Source of the DNA: Octopus vulgaris
Taxonomy: Eukaryota
DNA length: 64,000 nt
Assembly: GCA_951406725.2 (NCBI GenBank)
Contig: OX597826.1
Coordinates: forward strand, 31,124,001-31,188,000
Direction of reading: 5' to 3'
Part shown: one piece after another, positions 1 through 12,018 of the stretch
Numbering within the stretch: position 1 is the stretch's first letter
Layout: each line of letters opens with the position of its first letter
The notes under the pieces: generated by a model
Seen by the model: the letters and a program-made list of their open reading frames with translations, nothing else
Database searches by the model: none
What the model was told of the DNA's origin: nothing
Position numbers and translations under genes: made by a program

Positions 1-679
1 AGACAGTCAGACAGTGATGATAAAAAGTGACCAACATAGTTTCGTGTGTATGTGTGTGTGTAAGAGAGAGCGAGAGAGAGAAAGAGTGTGTGTGTGAGTT
101 TGTGAGTTTGTGTGTGCGCGTGTGTATTTGTGAAAAAGAGGTGACGAAACATATAGAGACATGGAAAGAAAGAAAAGCAGAAAGAAAGAGTGAATGAGTT
201 GTTATGAAAGAAATGAGATGGGGGAGATTTTGAATGCATGTACGTATATGTACGTAGATTTGTATGTAAATATATAGCTTTGTGTGTATGTAGGATGTAC
301 GCTTGTGCGCAGTTCATAAAGAACCACTTTGTGTCGGTGTCATAAATCTAAAACTAACAGCAAAAAATAAATGTTTCACCAAAGTCTTCTGTACGATCTA
401 CAATGGTTGATACAACAACAAAAAAACTGCCCGTTGGTTTATACAACAAGACATATGTGACTATTAAACGCAGCAAAAAGGAAACGTAAAGAAAAGTTAG
501 ACAAGTTTATTTATGTCTAAGCACAGCGAATAAAGAGTCGAGGAGATTTCTTTTTGCTGACGCAGTTTTTTTTTTTCATTTTCATTTTTCTCCGAAATTT
601 TTGTTACCGTATTTCGACCCTCCTTTCTTTCTTTATTTCTTTCTTTTTCCTCCTCTTTCTCACTCTCTCTTCTCTCCAT

Positions 680-723
<44 letters not shown>

Positions 724-725
<2 letters not shown>

Positions 726-941
726 TCTTTAGTCTCTCTTTACTCTTTTACTTGTTTCAGTCATTTGACTGTGGCCATGCTGGAGCACTGCCTCTAGTCG
801 AGCAAATCGACCCCAGGACTTAATCTTTGGAAGCCTAGTACTAATTCTATCAGTCTCTTTTGCCGAACCGCTAAGTTACGGGGACGTAAACACACTAGCA
901 TCGGCTGTCAAGCGATGTTGGGGGGACAAACACAAACACAT

Positions 942-1029
<88 letters not shown>

Positions 1030-1120
1030 GACGGGCTTCTTTCAGTTTCCGTCTACCAAATCCACTCAAAAGGCTTTGGTCGGCCCGAGGCTATAGTAGA
1101 AGACACTTGCCCAAGGTGCC
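724..1120 (-). mobile_element. SINE family A copy, 5'-truncated, internal (CA)n(TA)n tract
   Basis: Reverse complement of the family A body and tail seen at 19527-19932 and 37333-37745; stops at CCAAGGTGCC before the tRNA head. Confidence 0.9.
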
Positions 1121-1152
1121 ATATATATATAAGGGAAAGAGAGAAATGAGTG

Positions 1153-1211
<59 letters not shown>

Positions 1212-1472
1212 GTCATCGCTTGACAACCGATGCTGACGTGTTTATGTTTCCGTGACATAGCGGTATGTCAACAGTGGTCGATAAAATAAGTACTAGGCTT
1301 ACAAAGAATAGGTAATTGGGTTGATTTGTTCGACTAAAACCTGTGAGTGAGTTAATAATTTGCTGCTTCGGTGGTCCAGTAGCCATGGGTGTTGAGAAGA
1401 AGTAATACAACACATAGGTGGGGGTTTCAAATCTCTTCCAGAAATTACAAGAGATCTAGTTAAAAATTTTAT

Positions 1473-1640
1473 AGGTGCTGATGTTGCTGAGTGGTAAGTA
1501 GCTTGCTTACCAACCACATGGTTCTGGTTTCAGTCCCACTGCGTGGCACCTTGGGCAAGTGTTTTCTACTATAGTCTCGGGCCGACCAAAGCCTCGTGAG
1601 TGGATTTGGTAGACGGAAACTGAAAGAAGCCTGTCGCATG

Positions 1641-1693
<53 letters not shown>

Positions 1694-1873
1694 TTGTCCC
1701 CCTCCATCGCTTGACAACCGATACTGGTGTGTCCTCGTAACTTAGCGGTTCGGCAAAAGAGACCGATAGAACAAGTACTAGGCTTACAAAGAATAAGTCC
1801 TGTGGTCGATTTGCTCGACTAAGGGCAGTACTCCAGCATGGCCGCTACCAAATAACTGGAAGTGATAAAAGAA
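1473..1873 (+). mobile_element. SINE family A (tRNA-derived), near full length
   Basis: Head with A-box-like ...GAGTGGTAAG and B-box-like GGTTTCAGTCCC; body GGCACCTTGGGCAAGTG; internal (TA)(TG)n; tail GTCGATTTGCTCGAC...CCAGCATGGCCGC. Confidence 0.9.
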
Positions 1874-1887
1874 TAACAGAATATATA

Positions 1888-2092
1888 CAGTTCTATACTT
1901 AAGAGATGAGGAATTATGTTCATTATTTACATTATTTACGATTGATGGATATTTGTCCTCATCTTGTTTGCAGTTAACACAATGTTTTGGCTGATATACC
2001 CTCCAGCCTTCATCAGGTGTCTTGGGGAAACGTTAACAACAAACAAGGTGAGGACAAATATCCGTCAAATATAAATAACGTAAATAATGTAA
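1888..2092 (-). mobile_element. Short Penelope-like element with degenerate hammerhead motif, inverted terminal segment and target-site duplication
   Basis: Flanked by the direct repeat TAACAGAATATATACA (1874-1889 and 2090-2105). 2031-2092 is an inverted copy of about 1918-1978. The same family occurs at 11701-11935. Confidence 0.7.
1975..2025 (-). ncRNA. Degenerate minimal type I hammerhead ribozyme-like motif
   Basis: Minus strand GACAC-CTGATGA-A-GGCTG-GAGGGTATAT-CAGCC-AAAA-CATT-GTGTT. Stem II is GGCUG/CAGCC and stem I is GACAC/GUGUU. The expected GAAAC-GUU is changed at two CpG positions. Confidence 0.6.
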
Positions 2093-2106
2093 CAGAATAT
2101 ATACAT

Positions 2107-2330
2107 ACTCTTTTATTCTTTTACTTGTTTCAGTCATTTGACTGTCGTCGTGCTGGAGCACCGCCTTAACAGGTTTTTATTGAAAAAATCAACCCCAAGA
2201 CTTGTTCTTTGTAAGCCTAGGACTTATTTTATTGATCTCTTTTGACAAACCTCTATGTTACGGGGACATAAACACTTCAGCATCGGTTGTCAAGTGATGA
2301 CGAGGCACAGACACAGACACATACACACAC
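2107..2330 (-). mobile_element. SINE family A 3' half
   Basis: TTTTACTTGTTTCAGTCATTTGACTG...GGGGACATAAACAC matches the reverse complement of the family A tail. Confidence 0.85.
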
Positions 2331-2359
2331 ATAAATATATACATATGTACATATATATA

Positions 2360-2450
<91 letters not shown>

Positions 2451-2929
2451 ATAGATAGATAGATAGATAGATAAAAGAGAGAGAGAGGGAGAAAGAGGTA
2501 GATAGATCTACAAACATACATCATACACACACGAATATACAGACATTTACACACGTACAGAAACACACATACACAGACATGTATACACACATACGCACAC
2601 GCACACACTATTTAGAGAAAAAATAACATTCGGTCTGGGACATTTCCGCTCCCTCTCTTTCTCCCTTCCTGTCTCTCTCCTCCTCCTCTCTCTCTCTCTC
2701 TCTCTTTCTGCACGTATCAATCTATCTCTCACCTACATACATGCATGTACTTTCACAAGGACACACACACTCATATACATACATACACATAATCATACAC
2801 ACATACACACACACACATACACACACACATCTACAGAAAGATAAAATAACATGTCACATTCCCCACCGCCACCATCATTGCCATCACCACCACCACCACC
2901 GCCATCGCCACGACCCCCCCCCCACTCAC

Positions 2930-3110
2930 CTTTACTCCATCTACATTGTTTTGTTTTCTGCTCCCACCCCCCTTCTTTCTTCCCCACGAACTTAATTCAG
3001 ATATCGCAACGACGACGAAGAGGAACAAAACTATAGTTTGCGTTTATGACCTTTCACCTTTGACACGCGATGTCAGTATGGCCCGCTTGTCAGGTAGAAA
3101 GGAACTGGAA
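2930..3110 (-). other. Candidate non-coding exon with strong splice donor and a DR1 motif
   Basis: Minus-strand AAG|GTGAGT at 2930/2929 in unique sequence; TGACCT-T-TCACCT (DR1) at 3047-3059. No transcript evidence. Confidence 0.25.
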
Positions 3111-3316
3111 ATAGAAACAATAAGAGACAAACGATACCAGCTGAGTGTTTCAGTCGGTTTCTCTCAGACTATCTCCCAACCAAACCAACCAACCAACCAT
3201 CCATCCAACATGTCATTATTGTTTCATTGAAAATGTTGAGGAACGCATCAACACACATCTCTTGGCCAATGTTATTGCCAACAGTTCTGAGCATTATTAA
3301 CCTGACAGGTAAATTA

Positions 3317-3674
3317 CAGTAGAACCTCGGAGTACGAGTGCCCCATTGTACGAGTAGTTTGCTGTACGAGACTCGTGCGAGCTTTTGTCTTGAACTACAA
3401 GCAGAAATTCGCAGCATGAGCACACAAATTGTCCTATCTTTAAGGTAATTTCTCTTTTTTATAATTGTCATTTTACTTGTAACTCCACCTTTTCTGTTTC
3501 AAAACTCATAAAAAATTATTTTTGAGTGTTTTTTGGTGGGGGCGGACTGGAACGGATTAATTATATTAATATAATATAATTATATTATTGAAGAAAGCTG
3601 ATTTGTAAAACGAGTAAATCGTAAGAAGAGTTCGGTCATGCAGCGAATTAAACTCGTACTGGGAGGTATCACTG
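3317..3674. mobile_element. Tigger/pogo-like MITE
   Basis: TA|CAGTAGAACCTC ... GAGGTATCACTG|TA: imperfect TIRs with TA duplication and subterminal TACGAG repeats. Confidence 0.75.
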
Positions 3675-3717
3675 TATATGTATTAAAACGAAATTAACGA
3701 AAGTAAATATGCATATA

Positions 3718-4117
3718 AGGCAGCGAGCTGGCAGGAACGTTAGTACGCCGGGCGAAATACGTAGCCGTATTTCGTCTGCCGTTACGTTCTGAGTTCAAAT
3801 TCCGCCGAGGTCGACTTTGCCTTTCATACTTTCGGGGTCGATAAATTAAGTACCAGTTGCGCACTGAGGTCGATGTAATCGACTTAATCCGTTTGTCTAT
3901 CCTTGTTTGTCCCCTCTGTGTTTAGCCCCTTGTAGGCAGTAAAGAAATGGGTATTTCGTGTGTCTTTACGTTCTGAGTTCAAATTCCGCCGAGGTCGACT
4001 TTGCCTTTCATCTTTTCAGGGTCGATAAATTAGATACCAGTTACGTACTGAGGTCGATGTAATTGACTTGCCTTCACCCCACAAACATTCATGCCTTGTG
4101 CCTAGAGTAGGAAAGGA
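3718..4117 (+). mobile_element. SINE family B (tRNA-derived), internally dimeric
   Basis: Head GGCAGCGAGCTGGCAG; B-box GAGTTCAAATTCC; core GAGGTCGACTTTGCCTTTCA...GGGTCGATAAATTA present twice; tail GCCTTGTGCCTAGAGTAGGAAAGG. Confidence 0.9.
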
Positions 4118-4394
4118 TATATCGTTTTTTATTCACTTTTGTTTTGTTTTAGTAGTGAGAGCCTCCATGGTAAATACCACCGCTAACACTTTCTCCTATC
4201 GCTGTTGTCCTTGTCTGATCGAATTTTAAGTGATTGATTGATTGATTAATTATTATTAATCTCGTTCTCTTTTTATTGTGTTTTCAGATTGTTTCTTGCG
4301 ATATGCTTTGTAAAGACAAGAAAGGAAAAAAAATGAAGAAATAAATAAATAAATGAAGACGATCCAATTAAGGTGAAAGATAGAAATGGCCGTC

Positions 4395-4585
4395 CTGAGT
4401 GAACAGGTGAGGAGTGACCAGGTGATCAGCGCAAGCACAGGACAGATGACCATTGTCGATACAGAAAAGGTGAGCAGTGTGAATATAGAACAGGTGTGCA
4501 GCGTGGAGGCTGGACAGGTGACCAGTGTGACGTCAGAACAGGCGTGCAGCGGGAAAACAAAACGTGTGTCCAGTGTGAATATCGT
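4395..4585 (+). repeat. Degenerate minisatellite, unit about 24 bp (ACAGGTGAGCAGTGTGNANACAGR-like)
   Basis: CAGGTG or a variant recurs about every 24 bp; translates as 8-aa repeats (EKVSSVNI/EQVCSVEA/GQVTSVTS); related units at 7582-7630. Confidence 0.65.
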
Positions 4586-4887
4586 ATTGTCTTTGCTTGA
4601 CCAATGTATTAACGTTGTTAACATCGTGGCCAACAATGCATCAAGCCCAAGGGACAAGAGGAGTAAAGTTCGACTGACCTCTACTTCACATTCGTCAATA
4701 AGAGAGAATTTCGGCAAAGACAACGGCAACAATTAGTGTTAGTAATGAAAAATTTTAATAATTAATAATAACTATTATTATTATTATTTAGTAATACTTA
4801 ATATTGTTCTTAAAAACTACGATGGCAGTAAAGCAGGTTGACAACAACAACAACTACAACAACATCAAGCTGTATTGCTAGATCGAT

Positions 4888-4918
<31 letters not shown>

Positions 4919-5022
4919 ATTACAACGACGATGACGACGACGACGACGATGTCAACGTAAACAAAAGCAAATAAAAAAAGCAACTAGTAATACAAAAATA
5001 AGCAACAACAACAACAAGAACA

Positions 5023-5064
<42 letters not shown>

Positions 5065-5089
5065 ACTAACGACCACGACCGACATATTT

Positions 5090-5208
5090 CGTTCACGCTG
5101 AACACTACTTCGATCCGTTCGATTGGCTGGTTGTCCGACCAGCTTTACCTGGGGCGGATTAGTCTTACCTGGCGTAGTAGCAGCAACAGTATCAAGCGCA
5201 GCAGCAGC

Positions 5209-5241
<33 letters not shown>

Positions 5242-5890
5242 TAAACACATTCAAAATATATTTGCGGACACGGAACTAGAGGCACACTACCACCACCACC
5301 ACCACCGCCACCCCGCGGTGCACGCGACATTTAACCACACCAACAACAGGTACTAATCATCATCTCCACCACCACAACAACAACAACAACTGCTAAATTT
5401 CTTGATAACTGACTGCAACTTGGGAAGGGGAAGGCAGAGGGAGAGACAGCTGTTGGGGGAGGAGGCTGAGGGGGAGGACAACGACGGTGAGAGCGAGGCA
5501 GAAGACCTGGGGAGAAAGGAGGAACGAAGATTAGCGCTACAACTGGAAACTATTAGCTACAATTACTACTGCTGATACTACTACTACTACAACCACTATT
5601 ACTACAGCTACTATTACTACTACTAAGGAGAAGAAGGCGTCGACGAGTTTACGTAGAAAAGTTATAGTAAGAGTGATCGTGGTGGTGGGAGTCAGAAAAG
5701 TAGTGAGAGTTGGTGAGTGTAAGTGGGAGACGAAATTTAACAGAGTGGAGTAGGGGTAACATAACAAGACGGGTAACACGACAGTAGCGCCCCAACACAT
5801 TTTAGTAGAACGAAGGCCCTGCCAGGCGATTAAGTATCGCCGGTTGCTGCTTTTCCGCGGGCAGGGCCCAAATGCAACGGTACACACACG
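5090..5890 (-). promoter_or_regulatory. Candidate promoter / first-exon region
   Basis: Unique, CpG-enriched segment with trinucleotide runs; two minus-strand donors, CAG|GTAAGA (about 5169) and CAG|GTAAAG (about 5149); GC-rich block at 5785-5880. Confidence 0.35.
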
Positions 5891-5933
5891 AATAAAGGAT
5901 TACATATAAAACATACATTTACGGGTTGTGTGT

Positions 5934-5986
<53 letters not shown>

Positions 5987-7211
5987 CTGCAAACCTGTGT
6001 TTGAGAGAGGAAGGAAAGAAGGAAAACACGAATGCTAAAAGGAATTAATGTTTGACTTTAGCTACCCGCAAACAGCAGAGAGAAACTATTTGATATTAAA
6101 CAAAGTTGAACGGTACATGAAAAATAACGATTGTCATAACAATTATTATTTCACGTATTTATTGAACATAAACATATAAAGAAAGTGAAATTACTTTCGA
6201 TCAAGCTGGATCGTTTACAAATAATTTATTTAAGGATGTAATCAAGGAAATCTTTTTGAAAAAAAATAGCTAACAATAACGTGAAACCCCACGTATATGT
6301 ATGTGTGTGTGTAAATAATATGTATTATACTATACAAATACGAGTTGATTTAAAAAACAAATACACACAACAAACTAAAGGTGTCGCAAAGAAGTTGTGT
6401 CTCTAAAACACACAGCGGAACGTACGTATATTACTGAACCTATATATATATATATATATATATACCTTTGCTTTTTCGGCGAATCACAGAAGTTTGCTTC
6501 AAATATATATATATATAAAATGTAGCAACATCTGAGATATATATACAACCTGTTGGAACGAATAATGTCAAAAATATATATATACTATATGTACGTGTAT
6601 GTACATATATGTTTGCATGTATATATGTGTGTTTATATATAATGTAATATAATGATTTGGTGGTCTGAAGCGAGCGAAAGGATGCAATACCCACAGATTT
6701 ACCTTTTACTAAAAACACTCTATTTTATTGGATTACTGCATTTTATACGGTGCAATACACACGGTAAGTACTTCTAATTATCTTTCCGCTTTTCTACCTG
6801 TCCACTTAGATATCTTTCATACCTGTAATATTTACAGAATATTCAAAACGTCAACAAGAAAGTAAACTTTAAAAATAGCGTTTCTATTTAATAATTATTT
6901 CATAAATCAAAATCTGTTTAAAAGTTCATTAGATTTTTAATCTCCTTGGTAACTTTTAGGACACCGTATATTTTAGCTGGTATTTCAGCATACCTGTCTG
7001 TCTGTTAAATGTTTATTTTATCATTTCTGTTCTTGTGAATGCTGCTGTCGTCTACGTGTTTGCTGTGCAACGACAGACACCTAACTACCTGCAAACGAAC
7101 ATGACAAAACTTTTGTATTGTATAGAGTTTATATATTTATATTGCTCAAGTTTACTGGGTCTAGCACGCGTGTAGAAAAATTTGACGTTATATATTATTT
7201 TTGTAAAATAA

Positions 7212-7580
7212 AGCGGCGAGCTGGTAGAAACGTTAGCACGCCGGCCGAGATGCTTAGCAGTATTTCGTCTGCCGTTACATTCTGGGTTCAAATTCCACCG
7301 AGGTCGACTATGCCTTTCATCCTTTCGGGGTCGATAAATTAAGTACCAGTTACGCATTGGGGTCGATGTAATCGACTTAATCAGTTTGTCTGTCCTTGTT
7401 TGTCCTCTCTGTGTTCAGCCCCTTGTGGATAGTAAAGAAATAGGTATTTCGTCCTGCTTTATGTTCTGGGTTCAAATTTCGCCGAGGTCGACTTCGCCTT
7501 TCATCCTTTTCTGGGTCGATAAAATAAGTACCAGTTATGCATTGGGGTCGATGAATCGACTTATACTCTCCCCCGAAACT
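7212..7580 (+). mobile_element. SINE family B, dimeric
   Basis: Same head and duplicated core as 3718-4117. Confidence 0.9.
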
Positions 7581-7664
7581 GCTGTGGACACAGAACAGGT
7601 GAGCAACGAGGAGACTGGATAGGTAACCAGAGAAAAATTTTAAATTTGAAACCTATATATTTAT

Positions 7665-8050
7665 ATAATGTGGTTGTGTGGTTAAGAAGCTCTTCTTGCG
7701 ACCACATGGTTTCGGGTTCAGTCCCATTGCACAGCACTTTAAGTAAGTGTTTTCTTTGTTTGTCTTTTTACTATCGCCCTGAGTGGACCAATGTCTTGTG
7801 AGGGAATCTGGTAGAGGGAGACTGTCTTTGGGTTTGTCCCCACCACTACCACTTGACAACCAGTGTTGGTTTGTTTACGTTCCCCGTAAACTAGCGGTTC
7901 GGCAAAAAAAGGACGATAAAATAAGTACCAAACTTTAAACTAAAAGAAAGAAACGACGTTAGTATTGGCATCGATCAGTTCGACTGAAGTCCTTCAAGGC
8001 CGTACTCCAGCATGGCCGCAGCCCAGTGATTGAAACAAATAAAAAGATAA
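7665..8050 (+). mobile_element. SINE family A, diverged
   Basis: Head TGGTTGTGTGGTTAAGAAGC...GGGTTCAGTCCC; tail CCAGCATGGCCGCAG. Confidence 0.8.
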
Positions 8051-8095
8051 GAGACACAAACACACACACATTTACGTTGATGACACTGATTGTAG

Positions 8096-8139
<44 letters not shown>

Positions 8140-8303
8140 TGGTGATGGATCTACAACACGTACATGTATATGAGCGTGTATATATATATATGTGTGTACG
8201 TGTGTTCCTTAGTCATAAAACATTTAAATAACATTATTATTAGCAACCTATTTATGTGTACGTACGTATCTGTATTCACATATATGTATACATGCGTGTG
8301 TGC

Positions 8304-8335
<32 letters not shown>

Positions 8336-8482
8336 GTATACACATATGCATACATATATGCATGAATATATATATATATATGTATGTATACACATATGCA
8401 TACATATATGCATGAATATATATATATACATGTGTGTATATATATATATATACATACATACATACATACATACACACACATG

Positions 8483-8640
8483 AGGAGTAGATAGACAGCC
8501 GACAACCGACGAAGGGTCGTTCTTTATGTTACTTGTTCTGTTTTCCATTTGTTTCTCTCGTTGCTTGCGTATTGAACTCATTTGCTTTCGTATTTCATGT
8601 TGTTTACTGTTTGGTGACGTCCTGTACCCATATATGCATA
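8483..8640 (+). mobile_element. Short dispersed repeat (Penelope-like terminal fragment family) in TA/CA microsatellite
   Basis: GGAGTAGATAG...GACAAC(C/T)GA(C/T)G.AGGG...GTCCTGTACCCATATATGCA is shared with 24262-24418 and 50034-50212. Confidence 0.65.
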
Positions 8641-8686
8641 TGTTTGTGCGTGTGTGTGTGTACATATATGCATGTATATATATATA

Positions 8687-8725
<39 letters not shown>

Positions 8726-8787
8726 TTAGTGTATCTGTGCGTGTGCCTCCATGTGTGCACGTGCGTCTGGGTGTTTGTGTTTGCATG

Positions 8788-8833
<46 letters not shown>

Positions 8834-9542
8834 CACGTGTGTGTGCGTGTGTACAAACGTGTGTATATCCCCCACCCCTTATTGACAACCGGTGTTGGTT
8901 TGTTAACGTTCTCGTAATATAGCCGTTCGGCAAAAGAGAACCGATAGAATAAGTACCAGACTTAAAGAATAAATACTGCGATCGATTTTTTTCGACCAAA
9001 CCCCCTCAAGGCCGCAGCCCATTGATAATCAAATAAAAAGCGATGTGTTTGTGCTAAACACCTGTTGCTTTTATAAGTCAATTCTAAATTAATGTTAAAA
9101 GGAGAAAGTGCGCCTTTTTTAAATCCTTCTTTATGCACATGATCTGCCGAAGTGTGTGAGGAAGGCATTATTGTCACAAAATCACTTTGCCTTCTCTTTA
9201 CTACAAACCTGAGGTGACAGAACGCATAGTCCGTTGAATCGGTGATGATGTTTGCTGCATTAGAACAACAGGCAGGTTGATTCTGCGACTCGGTTTCGAT
9301 TCAGGGTGGAGCCTGTTTCGTTTCGATTGTTTGCGGACATCACATGTGCCTGTCTGTCTGCCTGTCTCTGTCTGTGTGTGTGTGTGTGTGTGTGTGGCTT
9401 AGATTAATTTGTGTGTCTTTAATTTGTATGTGTGTGTTGTATGTCTTTGTATGATGTATGCGTGTATTTACGTGTCTGTGTGTATATGTGCAATTGCGTG
9501 AATATGTAGATGTGTGTATTTGCCTCTGTGTGTTTGAGGGTG

Positions 9543-9606
<64 letters not shown>

Positions 9607-9983
9607 TGGATGTGTGGTTAGTTCTGTGTCGATGTAGATGTACCTATTTATTTACCTGTGTATGTCGACAGATAGAGAGACAGACTGACAGAGAGGTGTG
9701 TATTTAATCTGTGTGTGTCGATAAACAACGATATGTATCCTTTACTTCTGGGAGTCTGTGTGTGTATTTATGTGTGAATGTGCGTGTGATATTTTTAGAG
9801 TCATTTATGTAACTTACATTTATATTTCTATATCAATCAATGTGCATTTGTGTGAGTATCGACACATGGATGCGTCTGTGAGTTTATATATGTGCGTAGC
9901 TGCATATTTACATATATGTGTATTTGTGTGCGTGCGTTTTGACACTTAGCTACGGCTATGGTTATACAGGTATGGATATGATG

Positions 9984-10200
9984 TATGGGTGCTGAAAAGT
10001 TCCTGACTTTGGGTAACAGAAAAAATGCGACGATCAGTTAATTATGATTTCATTCAATGTATTCCCCTCTCAAATCCACACGCTTTTTGCAGCGGTCCTT
10101 CAGTTTTTCTAAGCCCTGTAAAAGAACTCGGAAGTTTGGGCCTCAAAGCAGGCCTTTCGCGACACCCTTAAAGCCAGGAATTTTTCAGCACCCCCTCATA
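9984..10200. mobile_element. Mariner-like MITE (about 215 bp)
   Basis: TIRs GGGTGCTGAAAAGTTCCTGACTTT (9987-10010) and AAAGCCAGGAATTTTTCAGCACCC (10170-10193); TA at both ends. Confidence 0.85.
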
Positions 10201-10244
10201 TGTATATGTGTGTGTGTGTGTGTATCCATCCATCCATCCATCCA

Positions 10245-10339
<95 letters not shown>

Positions 10340-10784
10340 GGCTGCAAGCTCGTATTCTAGTATTGCCATCGCCTAATCGAAAGTCCAACACACGTGGAGG
10401 CTACGACCAGCCATTTTTGTGCTAAGTCTTACACTTTTCAAGCGATGCCTGTGGGGAAAGGATTTGCACAAATCCATTTCCACTCTCTGAACATGGACGA
10501 TATAAACTCGAAAAGAAGAACTAGTCTACATCATCGAATATTGTCAGTCTCGCAAGTTTTCTTTCAGAGTTTCCCTCTCCTAGAGAGATGTGACAACAAG
10601 AGAGGGGCCTCCCACTCTCAGAGAGCCAACCGCGTACCTGGACACCAACCCAGGTATTTCCACGTCCCCGCGCATACCTACATATCTACGAGTGCAAATT
10701 TTCTTCTTTTTTTTTTTTCTTTTTTTAACCTGTAGTATTTTTATCTGTCAGTGTATTTTTATCAATGAAAATATGTTTACAGAT

Positions 10785-11208
10785 TCTTTTCTACTCTAGG
10801 CACAAGGCCTGAAATTTGGGGAGACGGGGCCAGTCGATTAGATCGACCTAGTACGCAACTGTTACTTAATTTATCGACTCTGAAAGGATGAACGGTAAAG
10901 TCGACCTCGGCGGAATTTGAACTCAGAACGTAAAGACAGGCGAAGTACCGCTAAGCATTTCTTCCGGCGTGCTGTTTCTTATTTCTTTATTGCCTACAAG
11001 GGGCTAAACATAGAGGGGACAAACAAGGACAGACAAACGGATTAAGTCGATTATATCGACCCCAGTGCATAACTGGTACTTATTTAATCGACCCTGAAAG
11101 GATAAAAGGCAAAGTCGACCTAGACGGAATTTGAACTCAGAACGTAGCGGCAGACGAAATGCCGCTAAGTATTTCGCCCGGCGTGCTAACGTTTCTGCCA
11201 GCTCGCCG
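10785..11208 (-). mobile_element. SINE family B, dimeric
   Basis: Reverse complement of head (GCCAGCTCGCCG at about 11197-11208), two cores and tail CTAGGCACAAGGCCTGAAA. Confidence 0.9.
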
Positions 11209-11489
11209 TCTTTTACTTTCTATAGATTGACAAGTTTGCGTGTTGGTATTCGTTTGCATCTGTGTATACGTATTCTTCAACCGCCCAAAAGACCCAGCTA
11301 CCATACAACCTCCGTCACACATCACGATTAAAAAAAACCGTGTAAATATATATCAATCATGATTTCTCCCGTCGTTAAACGACGTATGAGGGTTCGACAA
11401 TCTCTTGCCGAAAGAATCGCACAGATGATTGGTTTAAAGTGTCGAATTTTTGTGCTCACATAAGCTCACTCCCTCCATGAAATCAACAT

Positions 11490-11655
11490 TACCTGTACAA
11501 GCGCACCGTGTGCCACATGACGAAATGATCGCAGAACAATGTGAAATGATGTGCTATGCTCAAGAACATATAACGCAACGACCGGTCTGGGAATCGATCC
11601 CACAATCGTGAGTACAACACCCTAACCACTAAGCCACTAAGCCATACGCCTTCAC
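11490..11655 (-). mobile_element. SINE family C (tRNA-derived), partial
   Basis: Minus strand TGGCTTAGTGGTTAGGGTG...GATCGATTCCC followed by GTTCTTGAGCA; related copies at about 25520-25620 and 36010-36195. Confidence 0.7.
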
Positions 11656-11700
11656 ATGTATATGTATACAGATAGATAGATAGAGAGAGAGAGAGAGATA

Positions 11701-11827
11701 CAGTTCTATATTTAAGAGGTGAGGAATTATTTACATTATTTACATTTGACGGATATTTGTCCTCATCAGGTGTCTTGGAAAAATTTCGGACTGGGTTCTC
11801 ATTCCTAAGGTATTTTTCGATGCTATC

Positions 11828-11858
<31 letters not shown>

Positions 11859-11935
11859 TCACTGCCTGGAATCGAACTCGGAATCTTGGGGTTAGCAGTC
11901 CGCGCTCTTAACCCCTTCATCATATGCCCGTGGGC
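11701..11935 (-). mobile_element. tRNA-Ser(GCT)-like headed SINE with Penelope-like hammerhead tail (ribozyme partly deleted in this copy)
   Basis: Minus strand GGTTAAGAGCGCGGACTGCTAACCCC...GAGTTCGATTCC head, (AAT)n linker, then CCAAGACACCTGATGA joined to GGACAAATATCCG...ATAGAACTG, the same 3' end as the element at 1888. Confidence 0.7.
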
Positions 11936-11961
11936 AAATATGGAGTGAATATCTATATATA

Positions 11962-12018
<57 letters not shown>

